The notes below the pieces were generated by a model, which was not told the origin of the DNA, searched no databases, and saw only the letters and a list, made by a program, of their open reading frames with translations. This document shows, piece after piece, positions 17,924 through 28,414 of a stretch of 39,073 nt of DNA; the stretch's first letter is position 1; the number at the start of each line of letters is the position of its first letter. A program made the position numbers and the translations under genes. The DNA comes from a virus. Taxonomy: Duplodnaviria; Heunggongvirae; Uroviricota; Caudoviricetes. Where the stretch lies: the IMG/VR virus record IMGVR_UViG_2869976549_000001; one strand, 5' to 3'.

Positions 17924-19277
17924 TTTCTGGACTATGCGGGCACGTAACAAAGTGCTTTATGGTGGTCGGTCATCGTCAAAATCATGGGATGCCGCTGGCA
18001 TTGCCATATTTCTGTCGAATAAATACACCCTGCGTTTTTGTTGTGCCCGTCAGATCCAGAATAAAATCGAAGAGTCGGTGTATACCCTGCTCAAAATTCA
18101 GATAGACAGGTTTGGTCTGCGGCACCGTTTCCGTATTCTGAACAACAAAATCATTAACCGGGTTACTGGCTCGGAATTTGTTTTTTATGGATTATGGCGC
18201 AACATCGAAGAAATTAAGTCACTGGAGGGGATCGATGTGTTGTGGCTGGAAGAAGCCCACGCACTGACGGAATACCAGTGGAAAATTCTGGAGCCAACGA
18301 TCCGTAAAGAGGGTTCGGAATGCTGGTTCATATTCAACCCCGGACTTGTTACTGATTTCGTCTGGCGCAACTTCGTTGTTGATCCGCCCGAAGGCACTCT
18401 CATCCGCAAAATTAACTATGACGAAAATCCGTTTCTGTCTGACACCATGCTTAAGGTTATCGACGCGGCGCGACGCCGTGATCCGGATGGTTTTAAACAT
18501 GTGTATGAGGGCGTTCCGGAGTCTGATGATGATGCGGCAATCATCAAACTGTCTTGGATAGAAGCCGCAGTGGATGCGCACAAAACGTTAAATTTCGAAC
18601 CCAGTGGAAGAAAGCGTATTGGCTTTGACGTGGCTGACAGTGGTACAGATAAGTGCGCTAACGTTTACCGTCACGGATCCGTTGTTTTCTGGGCCGACGA
18701 ATGGAAGGCCAAAGAAGATGAATTACTGAAGAGCTGCCAGCGTACTTATCAGGCGGCGCTGGAGCGTGAAGCAGATATTGTTTACGACTCTATCGGTGTT
18801 GGTGCGTCTGCCGGTGCTAAATTCTCTGAAATTAACGCTGACCGGAAGAGCGAGAACGCATACGCGCGACGTGTGAATTACCAGAGGTTTAACGCCGGTG
18901 CTGGTGTGCATGAGCCAGATGACGAGTACAACGGCATCCCCAACAAAGACTTTTTCGCAAATCTTAAGGCTCAGGCATGGTGGCTGGTGGCTGACCGTTT
19001 CAGAAATACGTTTAACGCCATTAACAACGGAGAACAGTATCCTGTGGATGAGCTGATCAGCATAGATTCTCGTTGTCCGTTGCTTGAAAAGCTGAAACTG
19101 GAACTGACAACACCTCATCGTGATTTCGACCGTAACGGACGTGTGATGGTCGAAAGTAAAAAAGACCTCGCAAAACGCGAGATACCGTCACCAAACGTTG
19201 CTGATGCATTCATTATGGCCTTCGCGCCAATCGATACATCGCTGGATATCTGGGAACAGCTGGGGAGACAGGCCTGA
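17847..19277 (+). CDS. Terminase large subunit
   Basis: ATPase and nuclease-type motifs (VLYGGRSSSKSWD Walker A-like; DVLWLEEAH). Start uncertain: candidate ATGs at 17835, 17847, 17850, 17856; the listed ORF begins at a TTG at 17766. Confidence 0.8.
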   Translation: MMAMESVTSMTSTLTSKPTLNPALRSFWTMRARNKVLYGGRSSSKSWDAAGIAIFLSNKYTLRFCCARQIQNKIEESVYTLLKIQIDRFGLRHRFRILNNKIINRVTGSEFVFYGLWRNIEEIKSLEGIDVLWLEEAHALTEYQWKILEPTIRKEGSECWFIFNPGLVTDFVWRNFVVDPPEGTLIRKINYDENPFLSDTMLKVIDAARRRDPDGFKHVYEGVPESDDDAAIIKLSWIEAAVDAHKTLNFEPSGRKRIGFDVADSGTDKCANVYRHGSVVFWADEWKAKEDELLKSCQRTYQAALEREADIVYDSIGVGASAGAKFSEINADRKSENAYARRVNYQRFNAGAGVHEPDDEYNGIPNKDFFANLKAQAWWLVADRFRNTFNAINNGEQYPVDELISIDSRCPLLEKLKLELTTPHRDFDRNGRVMVESKKDLAKREIPSPNVADAFIMAFAPIDTSLDIWEQLGRQA

Positions 19278-19453
19278 TGGCACGAAACAAACAAGCCCTG
19301 CGGCGAACTGTGCAGGCCACAGCTGATGGTTATGAGAATTTTATTGCCCGCGTAGGGATGCAGACACCTAACCAGCACTCAGCATCCACCTACCGGGCTA
19401 ATTTCACCAGTCGTAACCGCATGCTGGTGGAATGGTCCTATCGTTCATCCTAA
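19277..19453 (+). pseudogene. Portal gene, 5' segment (58 codons) ending at the TAG that forms the IS630 target
   Basis: ATG overlaps the terminase stop (TGATG); MARNKQALRRTVQATADGYENFIARVGMQTPNQHSASTYRANFTSRNRMLVEWSYRSS then TA(A) at the IS630 junction. Confidence 0.5.
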
Positions 19454-20605
19454 ATAGCTGCGCGGAATAGTAGATCACTTTGAGGGAACTTAGCCCGGAT
19501 TGTGCGATCTGATCAATCGCCAAATCAAAACAAATCACCAACCGGACTGAGCAATGCCGATCATAGCACCAATTTCCCGTGACGAACGACGCCTGATGCA
19601 GAAAGCCATCCATAAAACACACGATAAAAATTATGCCCGCAGACTGACTGCCATGCTGATGCTGCACCGGGGCGACCGTGTCAGCGACGTTGCCAGAACG
19701 CTCTGCTGCGCCCGTTCCTCTGTTGGACGCTGGATTAACTGGTTCACGCAGTCGGGTGTTGAGGGACTGAAATCATTACCTGCCGGGCGTGCCCGTCGCT
19801 GGCCGTTTGAGCATATCTGCACACTGTTACGTGAGCTGGTAAAACATTCTCCCGGCGACTTTGGCTACCAGCGTTCACGCTGGAGTACAGAACTGCTGGC
19901 AATAAAAATCAATGAGATAACCGGTTGCCAGTTAAATGCCGGAACCGTTCGCCGCTGGTTGCCGTCTGCGGGGATTGTGTGGCGAAGGGCTGCGCCAACT
20001 CTGCGTATCCGTGACCCGCATAAAGATGAAAAGATGGCAGCAATCCATAAAGCACTGGACGAATGCAGCGCAGAGCATCCGGTCTTTTATGAAGATGAAG
20101 TGGATATCCATCTTAATCCCAAAATCGGTGCGGACTGGCAACTGCGCGGACAGCAAAAACGGGTGGTCACGCCGGGACAGAATGAAAAATATTATCTGGC
20201 CGGAGCGCTGCACAGCGGGACAGGTAAAGTCAGCTGTGTGGGCGGCAACAGCAAAAGTTCGGCGCTGTTCATCAGCCTGCTGAAGCGGCTTAAAGCGACA
20301 TACCGTCGGGCGAAAACCATCACGCTGATCGTGGACAACTACATTATCCACAAAAGCCGGGAAACACAGAGCTGGCTGAAGGAGAACCCGAAGTTCAGGG
20401 TCATTTATCAGCCGGTTTACTCGCCATGGGTGAATCATGTTGAACGGCTATGGCAGGCACTTCACGACACAATAACGCGTAATCATCAGTGCAGCTCAAT
20501 GTGGCAACTGTTGAAAAAAGTTCGCCATTTTATGGAAACCGTCAGCCCATTCCCCGGAGGCAAACATGGGCTGGCAAAAGTGTAGCGGTATTAAGCGCAG
20601 CTATT
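19453..20605 (+). mobile_element. IS630, 1153 bp, with TA target duplication inside a CTAG site
   Basis: Terminal inverted repeats AAATAGCTGCGC at 19453 and rc at 20605; TA at 19451-19452 and 20606-20607; pre-insertion target reads CCTAGA. Confidence 0.88.
19554..20585 (+). CDS. IS630 transposase
   Basis: 343-aa ORF, Tc1/IS630-family DDE transposase. Confidence 0.88.
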   Translation: MPIIAPISRDERRLMQKAIHKTHDKNYARRLTAMLMLHRGDRVSDVARTLCCARSSVGRWINWFTQSGVEGLKSLPAGRARRWPFEHICTLLRELVKHSPGDFGYQRSRWSTELLAIKINEITGCQLNAGTVRRWLPSAGIVWRRAAPTLRIRDPHKDEKMAAIHKALDECSAEHPVFYEDEVDIHLNPKIGADWQLRGQQKRVVTPGQNEKYYLAGALHSGTGKVSCVGGNSKSSALFISLLKRLKATYRRAKTITLIVDNYIIHKSRETQSWLKENPKFRVIYQPVYSPWVNHVERLWQALHDTITRNHQCSSMWQLLKKVRHFMETVSPFPGGKHGLAKV

Positions 20606-20608
20606 TAG

Positions 20609-20809
20609 ATCATCGGCGAAGCAGTCGATGCTATCCCGGATGATATGACCCGCAAAGGCATTCGCATCACTTCGGAAATTGATGCAAAAGATCGTGGCAT
20701 TCTCGAATCACAACTGGATGAGTTGCAAATCTGGGATGCGCTGAATGACGTGCTGAAATGGTCGCGCCTCTACGGCGGCGCGGTGGGTTTCATCATGATT
20801 GAGGGGTAG
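20609..20809 (+). pseudogene. Portal gene, middle segment (66 sense codons) ending at a second in-frame TAG (20807-20809)
   Basis: Open frame IIGEAVDAIPDDMTRKGIRITSEIDAKDRGILESQLDELQIWDALNDVLKWSRLYGGAVGFIMIEG-TAG, same frame as the portal ORF at 20816. Confidence 0.5.
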
Positions 20810-20815
20810 GCACCA

Positions 20816-21898
20816 ATGACCCCGCTGCGACCCGAAACCATCGGTAAGGGCAAGTTTAAGGGGATTCTCCCGCTCGACCGCTGGATGGTCGACCCGGCAC
20901 TGACCCGCCGCATTAAAGATATGGGGCCGGACCTGGGTAAACCTGAGTTTTACGATGTGGTGACCACAGCAACGGGAATTCCTGCCTGGCGCATTCATCA
21001 CAGTCGCCTGATTCGCTTTGATGGCGTCACGTTGCCATTTCAGCAGAAGATGACCGAGAACGAATGGGGAATGTCGGTTGTAGAGCGTATCTGGGATCGT
21101 CTTACCGCGTTCGACAGCGCTACTGTCGGCGCGGCGCAGCTGGTCTACAAGGCGCATTTGCGTACCTACAGCGTGGAGAAGCTACGCGAGCTTATCGCAC
21201 TTGGTGGTCCTGCGTATGAAGCGTTGCTGAAGAATATCGACCTGATTCGACAGTTCCAGAGTAATGAAGGCATGACGCTCATGGACTCGCGGGATAAGTT
21301 TGAAACCCATCAGTACAGCTTCAGTGGTCTGGATGACATCCTTTCGCAGTTTGTAGAACAGATTAGTGGCGCTGTTGGTATCCCACTGGTGCGGTTGTTC
21401 GGACAGTCCCCGAAAGGATTTTCTACCGGTGATGCAGACCTTGCCAACTATTACGATCGCATCAGTTCGTTGCAGGAGAGGCGTTTACGTCTTCCGGTGC
21501 GGCGGATACTGGACATCATGCATCGTTCGGAACTTGGCAAGCCGCTGCCGGACGATTTCACGTTTGAGTTTAACCCGCTCTGGCAAATGTCTGATGTCGA
21601 TCGCTCAACGGTGGCGTTAAACACCACCAACGCAATCAGTACGGCGCTGGGTGATGGTCTGATGACACTGAAAGCCGCTATGACTGATTTGCGAGAAAAT
21701 TCTGACGTAACCGGCATCGGGGCATCCATTACCGACGAGGACATCGAGAATGCCGAAGATGAAGCGCCGCCCGGCATCGGCGAACCTGATGACGAACCGC
21801 AGGAGCCGTCAGGCGGAAATCCGGTATCGAACCAGCCTACGCAGGATAGCGAGGGCGGTCGGAGACATCGTAAATGGTCGCTACGATGGTTCAAATGA
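20816..21898 (+). CDS. Phage portal protein, major C-terminal ORF (360 aa)
   Basis: Position between terminase and head-morphogenesis genes; acidic C-terminal tail; in frame with the two upstream segments. Confidence 0.65.
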   Translation: MTPLRPETIGKGKFKGILPLDRWMVDPALTRRIKDMGPDLGKPEFYDVVTTATGIPAWRIHHSRLIRFDGVTLPFQQKMTENEWGMSVVERIWDRLTAFDSATVGAAQLVYKAHLRTYSVEKLRELIALGGPAYEALLKNIDLIRQFQSNEGMTLMDSRDKFETHQYSFSGLDDILSQFVEQISGAVGIPLVRLFGQSPKGFSTGDADLANYYDRISSLQERRLRLPVRRILDIMHRSELGKPLPDDFTFEFNPLWQMSDVDRSTVALNTTNAISTALGDGLMTLKAAMTDLRENSDVTGIGASITDEDIENAEDEAPPGIGEPDDEPQEPSGGNPVSNQPTQDSEGGRRHRKWSLRWFK

Positions 21899-22532
21899 CA
21901 GTATCACGGAAATTATTGCGGCGCTGGAGCGTTACAGTGAAATCATCACCCCCTGGGCGACAAAGGTCGCGGAAAACTTTACTGCGGACCTAACCCGGCA
22001 GAACGAGAAAGTTTGGCGGCAACACAGCAAGAACATCAGTCGCGAGCTCCGCAATCTTGTGGAAAGCGCTCCTGTGGGCCAGGTGATGCAATCCATCATC
22101 GCCGAACAGGTCAAGTACATCAAATCTCTGCCTCTCGAGGCCGCAGACAGGGTGTACGACATCCAGAACAAAGCGATAGAGGCTGTTGTCACCGGTGGTC
22201 GGGCGGAGCAGTTTGCTAAAGAGATTGCATCTACCGGCGATGTTGCTAAGTCTAGGGCCGATCTGATTGCCCGAACGGAACTGGGAAGAGCAACGGGCGC
22301 GCTGGATATGGCCCGAGCGATAGCTATTGGCTCGGATGGTTATATTTGGCGTACAGCCGATGATGGCGATGTCCGAGATTCCCACGATCACATGAAAGGT
22401 AAATTCGTCCGCTGGGATTCACCTCCAACTTTGGACGGCATGACCGGCCACGCGGGCGAGCTGCCAAACTGCCGCTGCTATAAAGAGATCGTGTTTGTTC
22501 GCGTTCCATTCGCAATGAAAAGGGCAGCATAA
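21750..22532 (+). CDS. Head morphogenesis protein (Mu F / SPP1 gp7-like minor head protein)
   Basis: 260-aa ORF overlapping the portal 3' end. Start uncertain: no in-frame ATG downstream of the portal stop and before the conserved region. Confidence 0.55.
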   Translation: MPKMKRRPASANLMTNRRSRQAEIRYRTSLRRIARAVGDIVNGRYDGSNDSITEIIAALERYSEIITPWATKVAENFTADLTRQNEKVWRQHSKNISRELRNLVESAPVGQVMQSIIAEQVKYIKSLPLEAADRVYDIQNKAIEAVVTGGRAEQFAKEIASTGDVAKSRADLIARTELGRATGALDMARAIAIGSDGYIWRTADDGDVRDSHDHMKGKFVRWDSPPTLDGMTGHAGELPNCRCYKEIVFVRVPFAMKRAA

Positions 22533-22535
22533 CCC

Positions 22536-23756
22536 ATGAAATACTTTTTTGAGACCAGGCTCGGGGAAACCCGATACCGCCTGGCTGACGGCTCGTTGCT
22601 GTGCAAAGACGTGCCGATAGGACGAACAGGTAAGCAGCTCTATGGTGCTGATGACCTGCCAAAACTGAAACCCGATAAGTTCGGTGAAATAGTCGTCACG
22701 CGTTCTCCTGAGCAGGTATTCCATCCGGCCACGCTTGCCTCATTCGAAGGGATGAGCATCACGATCCTGCATCCTGAAGATGAAAACGGGAATGTGCGGC
22801 TGGTAAATCCCGAGAACTGGAAAGAGCTTGCTGTCGGGCACCTCCAGAATGTCCGGCGCGGGACGGGTGAGCAGTCTGATTTGATGCTGGCTGACCTTAT
22901 CGTCAAAGACGAAAGCGCCATTCAGCTTATCGAAGATGGCCTGCGCGAAGTGTCGTGCGGCTATGACGCGGAGTACGAGCAGACCGAGCCAGGTAAAGCC
23001 GAGCAGGTCGATATTACCGGAAACCATGTGGCTCTTGTCCCTAAAGGCAGAGCCGGAAATCGTTGTGCAATTGGAGACAGAGACACAATGGCAAATCAAA
23101 AGAAAAACTGGTGGAACCGCATGCGTGCGGCCATCAAGACAGGAGATGCCGACACCATGAACGAACTGGTGGAGTCGGCTCCCGCATCGGTTACAGGAGA
23201 TGAGGGGGATTTGCCGCAGGGCGTTAATCTCAACATCAACCTGTCCCCGCAGCAACCACTACCGGACAAAGCACCAGAGATGGGCGGAGATCCAACCGGC
23301 GACAGTGATGATGACCTCAAAACATTACTGAAAGCCCTGCTGGCTAAGCTGGAAAGAAATGCCACGGGCGATAACGATAATAAGCCTGACGATAATCCGA
23401 CCGGTGACGGCGAGGACGATGAAGAGGAAACCACGATTACTGGTGACTCAGCCTGGCGTGCCGAAGTTATCGTTCCGGGTATCGATCTGAGCCGTAAGAT
23501 GAAACCGACCGCGTTCAAACGCGAGGTTCTGGCTTCTGCTGACAAAACGCTGGTTCGCCAGATAGTCGGTGATGCGGATATCCGCAAATTACCGAAACAA
23601 TCGGTCGACATGGCGTTTAATGCCGTGTCTGAGGTTGCCAAAGGGCGAAACACCCGCGCCACCACCGGCGATGCACAGCGCCTAAACATGGGCATGACCA
23701 GTATCGCTTCCCTGAACAAACAAAACGCTGAATTCTGGGCAAACCGTAAAGGGTAA
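22536..23756 (+). CDS. Putative prohead scaffold/protease protein
   Basis: 406 aa with a central acidic low-complexity linker (GDSDDD, GDNDNKPDDNPTGDGEDDEEE); position after the head morphogenesis gene. Confidence 0.45.
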   Translation: MKYFFETRLGETRYRLADGSLLCKDVPIGRTGKQLYGADDLPKLKPDKFGEIVVTRSPEQVFHPATLASFEGMSITILHPEDENGNVRLVNPENWKELAVGHLQNVRRGTGEQSDLMLADLIVKDESAIQLIEDGLREVSCGYDAEYEQTEPGKAEQVDITGNHVALVPKGRAGNRCAIGDRDTMANQKKNWWNRMRAAIKTGDADTMNELVESAPASVTGDEGDLPQGVNLNINLSPQQPLPDKAPEMGGDPTGDSDDDLKTLLKALLAKLERNATGDNDNKPDDNPTGDGEDDEEETTITGDSAWRAEVIVPGIDLSRKMKPTAFKREVLASADKTLVRQIVGDADIRKLPKQSVDMAFNAVSEVAKGRNTRATTGDAQRLNMGMTSIASLNKQNAEFWANRKG

Positions 23757-23759
23757 AAA

Positions 23760-24266
23760 ATGAATAATGTATTTCTGTACCGGATGCCTGTTGGCATTGC
23801 CGGGGCTGTCTCTCGCCCGCAGGACTTAACCGTCGAACCGGTGGTCCTTAAATCCGATAACGCCTTCGCTGCCTATGGCCTGGCTGGTAAATACGATGAT
23901 GACGGTTTTTTCGTGCCGCTGGCAGATGGTGATACCGCAGACAAGGTGAAGGGGATCTACGTGCGCCCTTATCCGACCACGTCGCAGCCGGACATGGTTC
24001 GCCAGGTGGGAACAGGCAAGAACTTCCCGGGCGACGCCATGAAGCGTGGCTACGTGACCGTTAATCTCGGTTCTGATTTTGATGCCAGCACTATCAAAAA
24101 AGGCGATCCGGTATACGTTGTCGTCTCCACTGATGAATCCATCAAAGTGCCGCTGGGTGGATTCATGTCCACGTCAGTCAGTGGCAAAAACGTGGTGCTG
24201 ACCAACGCTGAATTCACAGGTGCCGGTGATGCTGACGGCAATGCAGAAATTTCCTGGAAGATTTAA
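23760..24266 (+). CDS. Phage head structural protein (possible decoration protein)
   Basis: 168-aa ORF 3 bp after the scaffold gene; followed 15 bp later by IS1. Confidence 0.4.
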   Translation: MNNVFLYRMPVGIAGAVSRPQDLTVEPVVLKSDNAFAAYGLAGKYDDDGFFVPLADGDTADKVKGIYVRPYPTTSQPDMVRQVGTGKNFPGDAMKRGYVTVNLGSDFDASTIKKGDPVYVVVSTDESIKVPLGGFMSTSVSGKNVVLTNAEFTGAGDADGNAEISWKI

Positions 24267-24336
24267 GGAACAGACGAATGAGGTGATGCTGCCAACTTAC
24301 TGATTTAGTGTATGATGGTGTTTTTGAGGTGCTCCA

Positions 24337-24612
24337 GTGGCTTCTGTTTCTATCAGCTGTCCCTCCTGTTCAGCTACTGACGGGGTGGTGCGTAACGGCA
24401 AAAGCACTGCAGGACATCAGCGCTATCTCTGCTCTCACTGCCGTAAAACATGGCAACTGCAGTTCACTTACACCGCTTCTTAACCCGGTACGCACCAGAA
24501 AATCATTGATATGGCCATGAATGGCGTTGGATGCCGGGCAACTGCACGCATTATGGGCGTTGGCCTCAACACGATTTTACGTCACTTAAAAAACTCAGGC
24601 CGCAGTCGGTAA
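24337..24612 (+). pseudogene. insA: IS1 insA with in-frame TAA at codon 49
   Basis: GTG start, [22 protein letters not shown]... then GCT TCT TAA (24481-24483) where a sense codon is expected; frame otherwise intact to the normal stop. Confidence 0.7.
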
Positions 24613-25034
24613 CCTCGCGCATACAGCCGGGCAGTGACGTCATCGTCTGCGCGGAAATGGACGAACAGTGGGGCTATGTCGGGGCTAAATCGCGCCAGCG
24701 CTGGCTGTTTTACGCGTATGACAGTCTCCGGAAGACGGTTGTTGCGCACGTATTCGGTGAACGCACTATGGCGACGCTGGGGCGTCTTATGAGCCTGCTG
24801 TCACCCTTTGACGTGGTGATATGGATGACGGATGGCTGGCCGCTGTATGAATCCCGCCTGAAGGGAAAGCTGCACGTAATCAGCAAGCGATATACGCAGC
24901 GAATTGAGCGGCATAACCTGAATCTGAGGCAGCACCTGGCACGGCTGGGACGGAAGTCGCTGTCGTTCTCAAAATCGGTGGAGCTGCATGACAAAGTCAT
25001 CGGGCATTATCTGAACATAAAACACTATCAATAA
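24531..25034 (+). CDS. insB: IS1 InsB frame (167 aa)
   Basis: Full-length InsB-frame ORF; A-run frameshift window upstream. Confidence 0.8.
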
Positions 25035-25065
25035 GTTGGAGTCATTACCAACAGGGGGATTTACC

Positions 25066-25197
25066 ATGCTTATTGGCTATGTACGCGTATCAACAAATGA
25101 CCAGAATACCGATCTACAACGTAATGCGTTTATTTGTGCCGGAAGTGAGTTGATTGTTGAGCGAATGGGAAGTTGGCCAGAAGTTGTTATGGCATAG
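25066..25197 (+). pseudogene. Serine recombinase (Pin/Hin-type DNA invertase) N-terminal remnant
   Basis: MLIGYVRVSTNDQNTDLQRNAF (catalytic Ser motif) then degenerates and stops after 43 codons; begins 16 bp after the IS1 end. Confidence 0.6.
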
Positions 25198-25447
25198 TGT
25201 TTACGGTCGTTGATACAGGTAAACAAAAGCGGGGAGAGTCATACTCCCTGAATAGTCGCGAAAATATCTGTGGCATTGTCAAATTCGTGTCGGTGACTAA
25301 TATTTTAGTAATATGCCATTCGAAATGGAGTGCTAACTTATTGATTTAATTGATGTGCGATATTGTATTTTATCGTGTTTTGTTGTCTGTTTTTTATCCA
25401 GTAAGTGTTGTTATGTGTATGAAAGATAAGGGATTTATCATTTTTGA

Positions 25448-26452
<1,005 letters not shown>

Positions 26453-26492
26453 CCGCTGATTTACCCGGCGCAGTCTCTCCTGCGCCGGTGTA

Positions 26493-27446
26493 TTAACCTA
26501 TCTCCTGTAACGCATGTCTCTGGCGTTCGACGATATTGGTCCACAAATTGTCTTTATCGTCAGTCCACAAATTAATCAGCAAGGCAAAAAAGCGTTCTGC
26601 TGCCGGAGAAAGCACGGCATCTTTGCGGCGAATAATCCCCAATGTCCGACGTATAACGGGTTCCACCAGTGGAATACCAATAATCGAAGAATAGGGCGCA
26701 TGGGGCATTGCCAGACCAGGAAGCGCCGAAATCCCCAGTCCCGCCTCTACCAGTCCTAATGACGTCGAAAGATGACGCACTTCGTAAAACCAGTCCAGCT
26801 TCCAGGGCTTGTCGGCCAGCTGTTGTTCTATCAACAGTCGGTTGCCGCTGGAGGAGCGTACGCCAATCATTTTGTAACCCACTAACTCCTGCCATTCTAC
26901 AAGCTGCTTTTTGGCCAATGGATGGTCACGCCGACAGGCCAGCACGAACGGCTCGTTGACCAGTGGGGTAAAATCAATGGATGAATTTGTGACGTTGTTC
27001 ATGTTTATGCCAAAGTCTGATTCGTTACACAGCACCGATTCCATGCAATTATTCGTGCCTTGTTCCAGAATCCGCACTTTAATATTGGGATACAGCTCAT
27101 TAAATTTACCGATTGCCAGCGGTAAAAAATAAAATACTGCGGTCGGAATACACGCTAACGTCACCATACCACGATGATAAGCATTCATATCACGAATATT
27201 AAAAAGCGTTTCATCGAATTTCTTTATTAATTCCCGCGCCTCCGGGAGCAACCTTTTTCCTGCTTTTGTTAACGTAACCTTGCGAGTTGTACGCTCAAAT
27301 AGTTGAATATGTAAATCTTCCTCCATCTTTTTTATTCTTCGCGTTAATGCAGGTTGCGTAATATTGAGTAATTTAGCGGCATTGTTAAACGAACTGGACT
27401 CTGCCAGTATGACAAATGCCTTCATACTTGATAATTCATGCTTCAT
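26493..27446 (-). CDS. ybhD: LysR-family transcriptional regulator YbhD
   Basis: N-terminal LysR HTH (MKAFVILAESSSFNNAAKLLNITQPALTRRIKKMEE) and substrate-binding domain; divergent from pgl as in E. coli. The listed ORF has a 21-aa 5' extension. Confidence 0.85.
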   Translation of the reverse strand: MKHELSSMKAFVILAESSSFNNAAKLLNITQPALTRRIKKMEEDLHIQLFERTTRKVTLTKAGKRLLPEARELIKKFDETLFNIRDMNAYHRGMVTLACIPTAVFYFLPLAIGKFNELYPNIKVRILEQGTNNCMESVLCNESDFGINMNNVTNSSIDFTPLVNEPFVLACRRDHPLAKKQLVEWQELVGYKMIGVRSSSGNRLLIEQQLADKPWKLDWFYEVRHLSTSLGLVEAGLGISALPGLAMPHAPYSSIIGIPLVEPVIRRTLGIIRRKDAVLSPAAERFFALLINLWTDDKDNLWTNIVERQRHALQEIG

Positions 27447-27646
27447 TATTACTCCGGAAAATGGAAGCGACGATTTTGGGTGGCTGGCCGTTAAAAATTT
27501 TAACTGCATTTAGCCAACTTAAATTAATGAAAAAATGTTATTAATCGTTGAGCTAAAGTCATTAGAGATGCTTTGCCCTTAATGTAACCATATCGCAATA
27601 AGTTATGTTTTTAAATTGAGGGCATTATTATGAAAAAAATACCCTG

Positions 27647-28414
27647 GGTAATGACTCCAACTTATTGATAGTGTTTTATGTTCAGATAATGCCCGATGGC
27701 TTTGTCATGCAGCTCCACCGATTTTGAGAACGACAGCGACTTCCGTCCCAGCCGTGCCAGGTGCTGCCTCAGATTCAGGTTATGCCGCTCAATTCGCTGC
27801 GTATATCGCTTGCTGATTACGTGCAGCTTTCCCTTCAGGCGGGATTCATACAGCGGCCAGCCATCCGTCATCCATATCACCACGTCAAAGGGTGACAGCA
27901 GGCTCATAAGACGCCCCAGCGTCGCCATAGTGCGTTCACCGAATACGTGCGCAACAACCGTCTTCCGGAGACTGTCATACGCGTAAAACAGCCAGCGCTG
28001 GCGCGATTTAGCCCCGACATAGCCCCACTGTTCGTCCATTTCCGCGCAGACGATGACGTCACTGCCCGGCTGTATGCGCGAGGTTACCGACTGCGGCCTG
28101 AGTTTTTTAAGTGACGTAAAATCGTGTTGAGGCCAACGCCCATAATGCGTGCAGTTGCCCGGCATCCAACGCCATTCATGGCCATATCAATGATTTTCTG
28201 GTGCGTACCGGGTTAAGAAGCGGTGTAAGTGAACTGCAGTTGCCATGTTTTACGGCAGTGAGAGCAGAGATAGCGCTGATGTCCTGCAGTGCTTTTGCCG
28301 TTACGCACCACCCCGTCAGTAGCTGAACAGGAGGGACAGCTGATAGAAACAGAAGCCACTGGAGCACCTCAAAAACACCATCATACACTAAATCAGTAAG
28401 TTGGCAGCATCACC
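27647..28414 (-). mobile_element. IS1, copy B, 768 bp, inverted relative to copy A; no target-site duplication
   Basis: rc of IS1 termini at 27647 and 28414; flanks AATACCCTG / CAAAAAAGG differ; carries the same insA TAA (28213-28215). Confidence 0.9.
27662..28165 (-). CDS. insB: IS1 InsB frame
   Basis: 167-aa ORF, identical to copy A except one residue. Confidence 0.8.

Larger units (their letters stand above)
24282..25049 (+). mobile_element. IS1, copy A, 768 bp; no target-site duplication
   Basis: Ends GGTGATGCTGCCAACTTACTG... / ...AAGTTGGAGTCATTACC; flanks GACGAATGA / AACAGGGGG differ. Confidence 0.9.

Noticed and set aside
19451-19453. First portal stop codon as an artefact created by the IS630 insertion
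   Set aside because: The duplicated TA plus the downstream G reconstitute TAG in the pre-insertion sequence (CC TAG AT), so the stop predates the insertion.
23096-23797. 233-aa minus-strand ORF inside the scaffold gene
   Set aside because: Antisense to a well-supported plus-strand gene and driven by its low-complexity acidic region.
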